DNA of 64,000 nt from Arcicella sp. (GTDB lineage Bacteria; Bacteroidota; Bacteroidia; Cytophagales; Spirosomataceae): positions 13,306 through 77,305 of the forward strand of contig JALONS010000001.1 in assembly GCA_025454855.1 (NCBI GenBank), read 5' to 3'. Both the position numbers and the translations under genes were made by a program. Shown one piece after another: positions 40,601 through 49,785 of the stretch. The first letter of the stretch is position 1. The number at the start of each line of letters is the position of its first letter. Below the pieces are notes generated by a model. The model saw only the letters and a list, made by a program, of their open reading frames with translations. It was not told the DNA's origin and ran no database searches.

Positions 40601-41005
40601 ATCACCTTTGATGCTCCCGAACGTTATTTTTGCGTAGTAAAGCGTCAAAAAACATCCACCCCTTTGCAATCATTGGTATTGATGAACGACCCTCAGTACA
40701 ATGAGGCGGCTCGCAAATTAGCCGAGCGAATGATGAAAGAAGGAGGTAACACACCCGAAGGACGCATCACATTGGCATACAAAGCTATGATTTCACGCTA
40801 TCCACGCCCGACGGAACTTAACATTTTGAAAGAAATGTATCAAGAGGAATTAGCGGATATTCAGAAAAGACCCAATCGGGTAAAAGAACTTCTCAGTACT
40901 GGCGAAGCCCCTGTGGATAAATCTCTGAATCAGAATGAATTAGCCGCCAATACCGTTTTGGCAATGACTTTGATAAATTTTGATGGAACGGTGGTGAAGC
41001 GGTAA
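37682..41005 (+). CDS. Planctomycete-type cytochrome c / DUF1549 (PSCyt2) / LamG / DUF1553 (PSD1) lipoprotein
   Basis: Lipobox LSSC; RCFKCHGPD; HWSF; WLDLARYADSHG; ECARCHDHKYDP; WQNITLTYDG; PSHPELLDWL. Confidence 0.9.
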   Translation: MKVRALTFIEKLSIIVLIVTTLSSCSDEIPAEVAAYKDKLPETVDYNLHIKPILSDRCFKCHGPDKNKVEAGLQLATYEGATEKLKSGRSAIVAGNINKSELVKRILTHDPEEVMPTPKSNLTLTDEEKALLIKWVQQGAEYKEHWSFTQIEKPDVPTVKEESWVKNPIDNFVLAKLEENKIKHSTQADKETLLRRVSMDITGLPPTVQELDAFLKDKSPNAYEKVVDRLLKSPHYGERMGVEWLDLARYADSHGYQDDGMRNVSPWRDWVIGAFNKNLPFDKFVTYQLAGDLLPNATHEQKLATCFLRNHPQTQEGGVVDEEYRTEYVLDRVGTFGKAFLGLTVECARCHDHKYDPIAQKEFYELSHFFNQNNESGIIPYNGEASPTVMISNPDIEAKLKYIQKQIAPQERAINPNQPIYKANFEKWLVAAQKNPTKYAVNSKGFIAHFPFERNVIHHYNKYDDKLKKEVPATSFSGYKNEAVDSINAYISGDWDRRPKFIKGKIGNGLLLRGDCGIDFHRALDFERSQPFSVSLWINPLKVGQHGPIYNSTNGEFEGHRGYRCWLLKDGTLQVSLSYVWPANCIDIITKNKVKYKQWQNITLTYDGSSKASGVKIFMDGKEMETDILVDNLTKSMRYGERKSHWDRWTDMTFMIGKEFRETMDNFAIDDLQVYQRQLSALEVSEIAKQSESISAILKTPKSDWTDQQYQQVFEYYRLNFEPYFDVYNRNLIALRTKETELVTDFREVMVMSERTFPRKTFILNRGSYDAPTTEVSYGVINKILPFDNSLPKNRLGLAQWLLDEKNPLFARVTVNRFWQNYFGFGLSKTSDDFGNQGEMPSHPELLDWLSVQFRESGWDVKAIQKLIVMSATYQQSSLKRKDLMEIDSENRLLARGPSYRYAHEQIRDAVLAGSGLLVRKIGGPSVYPYQPAGIWEALATRNATSYKQNHGDSLYRRGMYTIWKRSSPPPSAITFDAPERYFCVVKRQKTSTPLQSLVLMNDPQYNEAARKLAERMMKEGGNTPEGRITLAYKAMISRYPRPTELNILKEMYQEELADIQKRPNRVKELLSTGEAPVDKSLNQNELAANTVLAMTLINFDGTVVKR

Positions 41006-41133
41006 AAGGTTCACGGTAGATGGTGAACGGATTGGCGTTTAATTTTAAATTCAATTTTGAAAAATAGTAAAAAAGGTTTGATGCGTAGTGAATCATTATT
41101 GTTTATTATGTTTACCATGTACCTTTTACCGAA
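41001..41133. repeat. Inverted heptamer cassette (TGAACGG type)
   Basis: TAAAAGG TTCACGG TAGATGG TGAACGG ... CCATGTA CCTTTTA CCG. Confidence 0.6.
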
Positions 41134-41137
41134 AAAT

Positions 41138-42571
41138 ATGAATCACATACAAGAAGTAGAACATCAATTAAGTCGGCGTGAGTTTTTATTTAAGTCGGGC
41201 TTAACTTTGGGAGCAGCGGCATTAGGTTCGTTGCTCAATCCTTTGGAGTCGTTAGCGGCAGACGGAACGAAAGGTCCACACTTTGCCCCTAAAGCCAAGA
41301 GGATTATCTATCTTTTCCAGTCGGGAGCTCCTTCTCAATTGGATTTATTCGATTATAAACCCAAATTGAAGGAAATGTTCGGGAAAGAATTACCCGATTC
41401 GGTACGAGGAGGACAACGCCTTACGGGAATGTCGTCTAACCAAAAGTCGTTCCCTTTGGCAATTGGTAAAGTTCCCTTCCGCCAGCACGGTAAGTCTCGG
41501 GCTTGGATTAGTGATTATTTACCGTATCATCATCAAATTGCCGATGAAGTAACGTTCATCAAAACAATGAATACCGAAGCCATCAATCATGACCCCGCCG
41601 TAACATTTTTCCAAACGGGAAATCAACAGGCTGGTCGCCCAAGTATCGGTTCTTGGGTATCCTATGGTTTGGGTTCAGATAATAACAATCTCCCTAATTT
41701 TTGTGTCTTGCTCTCTCGTTCCAATAACTATGACCAACCTTTGTACGCCAAACTGTGGGGGAATGGCTTTTTACCCTCTGAACATCAGGGAGTTATGTTC
41801 AGGTCGGGAAAAGACCCTGTTTTGTATCTCAATGACCCCAATGGTATGGATAGAACTGCCCGTAGGAGGATGTTAGATTATCTCGGTAAACTTCAGCATG
41901 AACAATTCAATCACGTAAAAGACGTAGAAATAAACTCCAGAGTAAGTCAATACGAAATGGCTTATCGGATGCAAATGTCCGTTCCCGAAACTTTAGATGT
42001 ATCAAAAGAACCTGATTATATTTTTGATATGTACGGTGAAGATGCCCGAAAACCAGGTACTTTTGCCGCCAATTGCCTATTAGCCAGAAAATTAGCGGAA
42101 AAAGACGTAAAATTTATCCAATTGTATCATCAAGGCTGGGACCATCACGGTGGTCTGCCTCAAAACATGACTAAGATTGCGAAAGACGTAGATAAAGCCT
42201 CTGCTGCCCTCATCAAAGACTTGAAACAAAGAGGAATGTTAGATGATACCTTAGTAATTTGGGGTGGGGAATTCGGACGAACGAATTATTCACAAGGAAA
42301 ATTGACGGTAGATAATTATGGCAGAGACCACCACCCACGCTGTTTCACGATTTGGATGGCAGGTGCAGGCGTAAAGAAAGGATTTACTTACGGAGAAACT
42401 GATGAATTTGGGTACAATGTAGCCAAAGACCCCGTACACGTTCACGATTTTCAAGCTACGGTAATGCACCTCATGGGCATAGACCACGAGCGTATGACTT
42501 TCAAGCATCAAGGGCGTAGGTATCGTTTAACGGATGTGTCAGGGAAAATAGTGAAACCAATTTTGGTGTAG
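41138..42571 (+). CDS. DUF1501 family (sulfatase-like) protein with twin-arginine signal
   Basis: SRREFL; LFQSGAPSQLDLFDYKP, GWDHHG, WGGEFGRT, GRDHH; ATG at 41138. Confidence 0.9.
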   Translation: MNHIQEVEHQLSRREFLFKSGLTLGAAALGSLLNPLESLAADGTKGPHFAPKAKRIIYLFQSGAPSQLDLFDYKPKLKEMFGKELPDSVRGGQRLTGMSSNQKSFPLAIGKVPFRQHGKSRAWISDYLPYHHQIADEVTFIKTMNTEAINHDPAVTFFQTGNQQAGRPSIGSWVSYGLGSDNNNLPNFCVLLSRSNNYDQPLYAKLWGNGFLPSEHQGVMFRSGKDPVLYLNDPNGMDRTARRRMLDYLGKLQHEQFNHVKDVEINSRVSQYEMAYRMQMSVPETLDVSKEPDYIFDMYGEDARKPGTFAANCLLARKLAEKDVKFIQLYHQGWDHHGGLPQNMTKIAKDVDKASAALIKDLKQRGMLDDTLVIWGGEFGRTNYSQGKLTVDNYGRDHHPRCFTIWMAGAGVKKGFTYGETDEFGYNVAKDPVHVHDFQATVMHLMGIDHERMTFKHQGRRYRLTDVSGKIVKPILV

Positions 42572-42667
42572 AAAAAATTTCTGAAAATTATAATACGGCA
42601 ATAGATTTCACGGCATAAATCTTACCTTTGTGCATTATCTCTATGGTTAATTTTCTGAAAAACTCTG

Positions 42668-43381
42668 ATGAAACACATCCTTTTTCTAATACTTACTTTT
42701 GCTTACTTATCAACAAATGCACAGAAGACTGTTACGGTGTATTCCGAGGAGTCTGATTTTCGTCATCAAATTTATGTTGGTTCATCTTTTCCGTTGCGAG
42801 TTCAGGCGGGTTATGAGTTACAATACAAACGCTTACAAGTAGGTGGTTTTGTGGGATTTACACCAAAAAGTTACCAAAATTTAGTATTTGATTTACTGAA
42901 AAAAATACAAAATTCGTATCAAAATGAGCTAACCTACATCAGAGATATGGCTGCACCACAAATGCAATTTGGGGGTGAACTAAAACTGTATTTGGGTAAA
43001 GGTTTATCGGTGGGGGCTTCTGCACAGACGTTTAATGGTACTATTACTGATACGCCCAAACAATTAGTACAAGGCATTTTACCAGAAGACGCTGCAAATA
43101 TCAGTGCATTGGTGGGTCTTTCTGCGGAGGCAAAAAATGCTTACGAAACTAAACTCATTGAGGCATCCATGAATACTGTTTTGGTGAGTCCAGTGATTGA
43201 AAAACGTTTCTGGCTAAATACCAACGAAACCGTTTTTATAAGAGCTAAAGTGGCTTATTGGTTCGCTGTTAATCGTAAATATGATGTGGTAACGAAAGAT
43301 TTAACACCTTTAGAACAAATTGGGGTAGATTCATTCCTCCAAGCACCAAGTTTTGGCTTAGAATTGGGTTTTGTCTTTTAA
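42668..43381 (+). CDS. Hypothetical exported/outer-membrane protein
   Basis: Signal peptide; C-terminal LELGFVF beta-signal. Confidence 0.6.
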   Translation: MKHILFLILTFAYLSTNAQKTVTVYSEESDFRHQIYVGSSFPLRVQAGYELQYKRLQVGGFVGFTPKSYQNLVFDLLKKIQNSYQNELTYIRDMAAPQMQFGGELKLYLGKGLSVGASAQTFNGTITDTPKQLVQGILPEDAANISALVGLSAEAKNAYETKLIEASMNTVLVSPVIEKRFWLNTNETVFIRAKVAYWFAVNRKYDVVTKDLTPLEQIGVDSFLQAPSFGLELGFVF

Positions 43382-43386
43382 TATTT

Positions 43387-44718
43387 CTACCGATTTTTCG
43401 GGAAATCCATCACCGTAATTTTCAATCTATCTTTCGCTATTTTATCATTGGCAGATTGTAATTCTGCACTGATTCTTTCGGCACTCGGTACAGATTGCAA
43501 TACACCCGTTCTCAAATAATTTAAAGCTACTTTCAAGCAACCTTCTTCGGGGTCGCCCAAATCTTTCGTCAGGTCATCGGCTTGCACTTTATCCACTGTA
43601 AAACCTTCAAAGAAATCACTAAATCCTACGGAATTTACATTTTTTACGGCTACGGGGAAAACGTAATTGCCCATCGTAGGAAATCCATAATAACCTACGG
43701 GCTTACCATGCGTGGTACTTCCAATGAGTTTTACGTTCATCACTGGCTTTAAAGCATTGATGAGTTCTTCACTGGCAGAAGCCGTATTTTTACTAACAAT
43801 CATGGTTACTCGGCTTAATTTCAATCCGTTCGTTAAGTTTACAAAATTATCAGCAGTATTCCATTTTGAATATTTTGAATTATGAACTGAATTGACAAAT
43901 ACTTTCCCCATTGCCGAAGCCGGAGCAATCAAACTGCCCAAATAGCTGGAAACCGAACCATATCCACCACCGTTATAGCGTAAGTCAAGGACTAATTCGG
44001 TAACATTTTTGGCTTTGAAATCGGCAAAAACCCTATTCAATTCATCTCTGGTGGACTGTCCATTACTTGCTCCTAAGAACGAGTCAAAAGCAAAATAGCC
44101 TACATTATTTCCATTCACAGAAAACACTTTCGGGTTCATCACGTAATCAGATTTATACGCTCCGCTCGTGAGCGTTAGGGTTTGTTGCGTGCCATCGGGT
44201 TTTTGGAAAATAATGGTTTGTGAAGCCTTGTTTAATTCAGTATTGAGTTGATTGATATTGGCATTCGTAGCATCTACTCCATTAACTTTTACCACTTTCC
44301 AACCTCTTTTTACGCCTTGTTTACCTGCCGATGACTGCGAGTAAACTAAACGTACTCGTAGGTCGGTACTTGATACAAAACCGTATTCTGCTCCTGTGTC
44401 GGTACTATTGCCACTTACTAAATTATCCCACACGCTTTTCTCGATGGTAAAACTCCAACGGTCTTGGTATCTACCATTCACAAAAGGACTATAAGTACGT
44501 ACTTTTTTCATGATGGAGTCGGCAGAAGGGTAAGTAAGGGGCTTGAAAATACTGGTAGCGGGTAAATTGTTCGACCATAGATAAATTTCTTGCGAGTACG
44601 CATATACGCTATCTCGGAGGTCAGGACCAGTAGCTACAACTTCTTCCGTTTTTTTGCAAGCAGAGGCTCCCAAAACGTATAACACAACGATAATAATTAA
44701 CTTGATTTTTGATGTCAT
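43387..44718 (-). CDS. S41 family peptidase lipoprotein with PDZ domain
   Basis: Lipobox ASAC; LDLRYNGGG, TASASE, GKPVG. Confidence 0.9.
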   Translation of the reverse strand: MTSKIKLIIIVVLYVLGASACKKTEEVVATGPDLRDSVYAYSQEIYLWSNNLPATSIFKPLTYPSADSIMKKVRTYSPFVNGRYQDRWSFTIEKSVWDNLVSGNSTDTGAEYGFVSSTDLRVRLVYSQSSAGKQGVKRGWKVVKVNGVDATNANINQLNTELNKASQTIIFQKPDGTQQTLTLTSGAYKSDYVMNPKVFSVNGNNVGYFAFDSFLGASNGQSTRDELNRVFADFKAKNVTELVLDLRYNGGGYGSVSSYLGSLIAPASAMGKVFVNSVHNSKYSKWNTADNFVNLTNGLKLSRVTMIVSKNTASASEELINALKPVMNVKLIGSTTHGKPVGYYGFPTMGNYVFPVAVKNVNSVGFSDFFEGFTVDKVQADDLTKDLGDPEEGCLKVALNYLRTGVLQSVPSAERISAELQSANDKIAKDRLKITVMDFPKNR

Positions 44719-44853
44719 GGCTAAAAATGAGTGGAATATTAGGTGGATTTTATCCGACAGTTCTCATCTATAAACGAAATGATATATGGATTATGTTTTC
44801 AAAAGCGTAATTTTTTATTAAATTGATTATCAAATCATTAATCAAATACTAAT

Positions 44854-45210
44854 ATGCAAACCAAACGTTATCCTTCATTGCTCGGGCAATTCTTTTACGT
44901 AGTTATTTCGGGTTTACAGCTTTTGTTTATTCCTAATATTTTATTGGGGATTTTTGGCTTAGAGCCTACCTCTGAAATCTGGATTAGAGTTTTAGGATTA
45001 TTGGTTTTAGCCTTGTCTTTTTATTACTATGCCATGTACAAAAATGGTGGAAAAGAGGTCATTAGAGCCACTGTACAAGGTAGATTATTCTTTTGTACTG
45101 GTTTGATTATGTTTGTGATTTTAGGAATGGCAAAACCTGTATTAATTGGTTTTGCAGTGGCAGAAATAGGTTTAGCTTTGTGGACTTTGTCGGAGGTGAG
45201 AAAAAATTAA
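44854..45210 (+). CDS. Small hypothetical membrane protein
   Basis: Four hydrophobic helices. Confidence 0.65.
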   Translation: MQTKRYPSLLGQFFYVVISGLQLLFIPNILLGIFGLEPTSEIWIRVLGLLVLALSFYYYAMYKNGGKEVIRATVQGRLFFCTGLIMFVILGMAKPVLIGFAVAEIGLALWTLSEVRKN

Positions 45211-45255
45211 TAACAAAACGTTTGTCAATACAACACCAAAAATAGCCGAATTGAT

Positions 45256-45291
45256 ACCCTTCCAAGCATTCAAAATGTTTGGAAGGGTTTT
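45256..45291. terminator. Terminator between convergent genes
   Basis: ACCCTTCCAAGCATT...AATGTTTGGAAGGGTTTT. Confidence 0.7.
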
Positions 45292-45364
45292 GTATCTATA
45301 GGTTTGCTCCAACAAAAAAGAATAAAGTTTGTCTTAAATCCTTTATTGGAGCTTAGTTATTTTA

Positions 45365-46195
45365 CTATTCGCTCAATTGAAACATGATAGGTAATGTAAA
45401 CTTTACGGCTACTGCTCTTCCCGATTGTTTACCTGGCGACCAGCGTGGCATTAATTTCACGACTCTTTGAGCTTCTTCATCACAACCAAAACCGATGCCT
45501 TTGAGGACATCAACATTGGAAATAGCACCGTCTTTTCCTACTACAAACTGCATGAATACCTTACCCATTACTCCCGCATTGACTGCTTGGTTAGGGTAAC
45601 GAAGATTTTTCTGTAAAAATCGTAATAATGCGGCTTGTCCACCCGCAAACTCAGGATTTTGTTCTACCGAAACAAAAATTTTATCTTTTTCTTCGGTTTC
45701 AACCACCACGGGTATTTCGGGTTGGGTACTCTTATGAGCATCGGGGTCATCAACGGGGATTTCCATAACTTCTCCATCCTGTGTTTTATCACTGATTTGG
45801 GCATCCGTATCGTTTAGCGTTTCTTGGTCGGGGAGGGGTTCGGTCAGTTTTTCATCCTCCACAATTTTAGGTTCAAGATAGGCAATCGTTTTTATCTGCG
45901 GTTCGGGCTTTGCTGGCGGAGGCGTTTCTGGTTCAATGGGTTCTATTTTTTCATTTTCAGGTGGTAACGCTACGTCCATTACGTCCGCTATAACAATCTG
46001 CTGATTAGTCAATTGTACTTTTCCCCATAGCATAGGTGTAATGATTCCCAAACCAAATATACTAATTCCGATGATTAATGCTTTCTTGATGACATTTCTG
46101 TAGTCATTTCTAAGTACATACGCCCCGTAAGTTTTGTTGCGATTTTGAAAGATAATGTCTTCCAATGTCTGTAAATTTTCTGATTGATTTTCCAT
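45365..46195 (-). CDS. tonB: Energy transducer TonB
   Basis: DIIFQNRNKTYGAYVLR, TM anchor, Pro-rich linker, TonB-C (YPNQA...GCDEEA..VV). Confidence 0.9.
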   Translation of the reverse strand: MENQSENLQTLEDIIFQNRNKTYGAYVLRNDYRNVIKKALIIGISIFGLGIITPMLWGKVQLTNQQIVIADVMDVALPPENEKIEPIEPETPPPAKPEPQIKTIAYLEPKIVEDEKLTEPLPDQETLNDTDAQISDKTQDGEVMEIPVDDPDAHKSTQPEIPVVVETEEKDKIFVSVEQNPEFAGGQAALLRFLQKNLRYPNQAVNAGVMGKVFMQFVVGKDGAISNVDVLKGIGFGCDEEAQRVVKLMPRWSPGKQSGRAVAVKFTLPIMFQLSE

Positions 46196-46217
46196 GAGAT
46201 TGATTGTTTAAGTTTTA

Positions 46218-46293
46218 AACTATTTTTTTAGTTGATTGAATTTAAAAAAAAATCCTCCTGCGAGGAATGTTGAGTAAAACTAATTTTTTAGTT
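46218..46293. promoter_or_regulatory. Two AACTA-N6-TAGTT palindromes upstream of tonB
   Basis: 46218-46233 and 46278-46293; same motif as at the blaI promoter. Confidence 0.45.
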
Positions 46294-46304
46294 GATTGGT
46301 GTTT

Positions 46305-46339
46305 TAAAAATCCCCACATTTCTACCAGTGGGGATTTTC
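46305..46339 (-). terminator. Terminator after the thioredoxin gene
   Basis: AAAATCCCCAC...GTGGGGATTTT. Confidence 0.7.
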
Positions 46340-46341
46340 AA

Positions 46342-47664
46342 CTATTTTCCTTTCATTCTTTTGAGCGTCTTTTCAAAATCTTCGGTAGATTCTTTATCTT
46401 TTTGGGTAAGAGCAATAGCTTCTTTCATTTTTTTAATAGCTTCCTTTTTCCTACCAAGTTTAAATAAAAGATTCGCTTGCGTATCTAAGTAATTAGCTGA
46501 ATAATCTAACTCAATTGAACGGGCTGACCATTTAAGAGCTTCTTCCAAATCTGTTTTATCTTCAACCATATTGAAGTATCCCCAAGCAAAACTATTCAAC
46601 TCATCTGCCGTAGCTCTTTCAGATACTCTTTGTAAATCTTTGGTTTTTGTTAGGTATATCTCAGAAGTTGTATCAGTTTTCATCATCTTTTCACCTATTT
46701 TTACAGCATTGAGTATAGAAAGACTTTGCTTTTGTAAACTTTCGTTGCTCAGGCTCATCAAACGTGGTATTTTCTTATTTGCTAACGTTTGAAACATCTC
46801 TTTGTCTTGTGTTTTTTCAGCAAATTCAAATTCCAAACGTTCAAGTTCAAGGGGTATTTGTGAGAGTTGTGTTTTTAAGATAGAAAGTAAATGGTTAAAT
46901 TCATTTTTATCTTTTAGTTCAATGATTCTTTTTAGATGTTCACGCTTTAATCTATCCACGCCACTTTTGATGGCGTATCCTATCTCTACTGGAAAACCTA
47001 AACGTTTTTTGTTGGCTTTCGCCAAAATTTCAAATGCTTTGGAGTCAAAAGAAGTGACATTTTCAGCAATCAGTGTCAGTACATCGACATTTTTATAGGC
47101 AGTTTCGGGTAGTTCTTTGAGATAATTATCCAAAACTAAAGAAATATCTTGTTGATTTCCTTTCAGTTTATTAAAAAAAATCTGTATTGATTTAGCATTT
47201 AATTTTCCTGCTTTAAATTCAGTTTCTAATTGAGCAAGTGGTTTGTCATCCTTTGCAATAACTAATGCTTTATTAGCTTCTGCGAGAAATGTCTCAACGG
47301 TAAGTGCCCCTAATATTTTGTGTAATACCTCACCTGATTCATTCAAAAAAAGTGAAGTAGGAAAACCTTGAACGCTATATTTTTTAGCTAATTCGGGGCC
47401 TTCTCCTTTCTCGGCATCAAGTTGATAATTGATAAAATGGTCATTGAATAGTTTGCCAACAGCGGAGTTTGGAAATACATTCTTTTCCATCATTTTGCAA
47501 GGCCCACACCAAGTAGTAAAAACATCTACATAAATTAGTTTATGTTGTTTTTGAGCTTCTGCTTGTACTTCTGCCCATGTTCCTTTAAAGAATTTAATGC
47601 CATCTTCGGCGTAGCTTGATAATGACGTAGATAGTATTAGAACGGTGAAAAGTGCTTTATACAT
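46342..47664 (-). CDS. Exported thioredoxin-family protein with C-terminal TPR-like region
   Basis: Signal peptide; TTWCGPCK; LNSFAW...ALKWS...YLDTQANLL. Confidence 0.85.
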   Translation of the reverse strand: MYKALFTVLILSTSLSSYAEDGIKFFKGTWAEVQAEAQKQHKLIYVDVFTTWCGPCKMMEKNVFPNSAVGKLFNDHFINYQLDAEKGEGPELAKKYSVQGFPTSLFLNESGEVLHKILGALTVETFLAEANKALVIAKDDKPLAQLETEFKAGKLNAKSIQIFFNKLKGNQQDISLVLDNYLKELPETAYKNVDVLTLIAENVTSFDSKAFEILAKANKKRLGFPVEIGYAIKSGVDRLKREHLKRIIELKDKNEFNHLLSILKTQLSQIPLELERLEFEFAEKTQDKEMFQTLANKKIPRLMSLSNESLQKQSLSILNAVKIGEKMMKTDTTSEIYLTKTKDLQRVSERATADELNSFAWGYFNMVEDKTDLEEALKWSARSIELDYSANYLDTQANLLFKLGRKKEAIKKMKEAIALTQKDKESTEDFEKTLKRMKGK

Positions 47665-47699
47665 AGTACTATTGAGTTAAAGGTGATTTTTTTAGAAAA

Positions 47700-49295
47700 T
47701 TACTCTTTTTTACTCATAATCACTAATACTCCGTTTCTGCCTTTTTCTCCGTATTGTTTTCGTGCCTCTTGTCCTTTAAGTATTTCCATTTTTTCAATGT
47801 TTTCTGGATTTAACTTTTTAACTATTTCAGTATTGGTTTCTTTGCCATCAACAATTAAAAGGTATTCAGAATAGTTCAGTACCATTGCCTCTTCCTTAAT
47901 TTTTGATGGTATTTTTTCTATATTTTTTGTCGTAAATATACCAGCAGCAGGATTTTCTCGACCAATCTGGAAGTAAATAGGGACAACAAATTTGCATCTG
48001 ACAATCTGCCCGCTTTGTTTTCCCGGTATCCATTTTGCTAATTTCAAAACCCTAATAGCTTCTTCGTCGCAACCATATCCAATACCCTTTAAAGTTGTAA
48101 AATTAGTGGCAGAACCATCAGTATTTACCACAAATTCAGTGTAAATTTTACCCGTTATATTAGCTTTTTGGGCTTCTTGAGGATATTGTAGATTTTTTTG
48201 TAAAAACTTAGCAAAACCATTCATTCCGCCATCTACAAACGCTGGATTCTCTTCTACTGCATCCAAAATATTAGTGGTGTCTTTTTTAATCGTCTTCACT
48301 TCATTCATCAAAGCGGGGCTAATAATCAAGGCTTGAGATAAATCTATTCCGTCAGCCGCTAAAACTTCTTTACCCGTTTTAGTAGGTTTTTCAATGATTT
48401 CGTTTAAATCCTTATCGGTTACTCGCTCAATTTTAGTCTCAATTTGGGCCAACTCTTTTTGGGCAATTGTGGCCGAAGACACCACAATCATAACCATAAA
48501 GAGCGGTGCAATGAGGCCGTATTTCATTAATCCAGTAGGAGCGGAGCGTTCTTTATTGAGCATTTTGATTCGTTGTTTCAATAAAGAATGATTGAAGAAA
48601 TTATTGGTCAGTGGAATGGCTTTTACCCCAAATTGTTCTTGAAACAGTAACATGGCATAATCAGCTTTTGAGGCTTCGTGGCGGCTCGCAATTTCATCGG
48701 CAATGAATTCGTGAATGTATTTAATGGAGTTTTTGTAAAGATATACAACAGGGTTAAACCAGTTGAAAATAGCAATCAATTCAAACAGCATCACATCGGC
48801 AGAGTGCAACTGACGAATATGCACAAATTCGTGTTTGAGAATGGTAGAGCGTTGTTGTAACTCTTTACTCACGAAAAGCATATTAAAGAATGAAAAGGCA
48901 GTCTTGTTTTCTCGGTGGTTGATTTTTCGCTTCATGAGTTTGGCAAGAAAAACTAAGTTTCCACCAAATCGAGCAATGCCTATCAATATGCCGATGACAT
49001 AAACAACCGCTAACAAATCCCCCAAAGTAAGGTTTTTGGTTTCTTGACTCTTTTGCAAATAAAATACCGTTGGATTATAGAAAGTATATAACGTTTGGGA
49101 CACTTGTTCAGTAACAAACCAATGTCTCACCCATACCGATTGCATCAGGGGAATAAAAAAAGCAAAAGCCGCCGAGGCTACCAAGTAAGCCCGATTGAGA
49201 TTAAAAAAGGTTTCTGAGCGTAATAGCATACGGTAAAACCCATAAAACAAAATCAGGTAAAGATTCACTTGGAGGAGGTAATTGAGCCAGTTCAT
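47700..49295 (-). CDS. M56 (BlaR1-like) peptidase fused to a TonB C-terminal domain and a plug-like tail
   Basis: FNLNRAYL, HEFVH, WFNP, HEFIAD, LKQRIKM; YPQEA...GCDEEA; YGEKGRNGVLVI; ATG at 49295. Confidence 0.88.
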   Translation of the reverse strand: MNWLNYLLQVNLYLILFYGFYRMLLRSETFFNLNRAYLVASAAFAFFIPLMQSVWVRHWFVTEQVSQTLYTFYNPTVFYLQKSQETKNLTLGDLLAVVYVIGILIGIARFGGNLVFLAKLMKRKINHRENKTAFSFFNMLFVSKELQQRSTILKHEFVHIRQLHSADVMLFELIAIFNWFNPVVYLYKNSIKYIHEFIADEIASRHEASKADYAMLLFQEQFGVKAIPLTNNFFNHSLLKQRIKMLNKERSAPTGLMKYGLIAPLFMVMIVVSSATIAQKELAQIETKIERVTDKDLNEIIEKPTKTGKEVLAADGIDLSQALIISPALMNEVKTIKKDTTNILDAVEENPAFVDGGMNGFAKFLQKNLQYPQEAQKANITGKIYTEFVVNTDGSATNFTTLKGIGYGCDEEAIRVLKLAKWIPGKQSGQIVRCKFVVPIYFQIGRENPAAGIFTTKNIEKIPSKIKEEAMVLNYSEYLLIVDGKETNTEIVKKLNPENIEKMEILKGQEARKQYGEKGRNGVLVIMSKKE

Positions 49296-49610
49296 ATTCG
49301 ATAATTGAGTGAATGTTTTAATTTCCAATACTCAATGTCCAACGTTCAAGTGTTTACGGATTTATCCACTTGGATATTGAGCATTTTTATATTCGATAAT
49401 TAGGTGAATGTGTTTAATTTTCAATGTTCAATACTCAATGTCCAATGTTCAAGTGTTTACGGATTTATCCACTTGAGCATTGAGCGTTTTTATATTCGAT
49501 AATTAGGTGAATGTTTTTAATTTTCAATGTTCAATACTCAATGTATAATGGTCAAGTGTTACTGATTTATTCACTTGAATATTGAGCGTTGAAAATTGTG
49601 AATTGAAAAT
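49294..49610. repeat. Three tandem 95-103-bp copies of an ATGTTCA-type heptamer hairpin cassette
   Basis: ATATTCGATAATT starts at 49294, 49389 and 49492; each unit contains CAAGTG...CACTTG...ATTGAGC. Confidence 0.85.
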
Positions 49611-49615
49611 TATTT

Positions 49616-49753
49616 TTACTGTTTTAAACTTATTAATTGCTTATCCTCAGAGGTTAGTGCCACAATGGCGTAGCGTTTGTTATTGGTGATGGTCATTTCA
49701 TCTAATAAATCCACCATGTTTCGGTATTTTGCTTTATCGGTTGATTTTGAGGT
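49616..49753 (-). pseudogene. exbD: 3' remnant of an ExbD/TolR gene
   Basis: Hand translation KSTDKAKYRNMVDLLDEMTITNNKRYAIVALTSEDKQLISLKQ*; in-frame stop just upstream, no N-terminal TM helix. Confidence 0.75.
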
Positions 49754-49785
49754 TTAGTGAAGATATGGATATTTCAATCATGATT

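Noticed and set aside
49294-49610. Possible CRISPR array
   Set aside because: Whole ~100-bp units repeat with no unique spacers, and no cas genes are present
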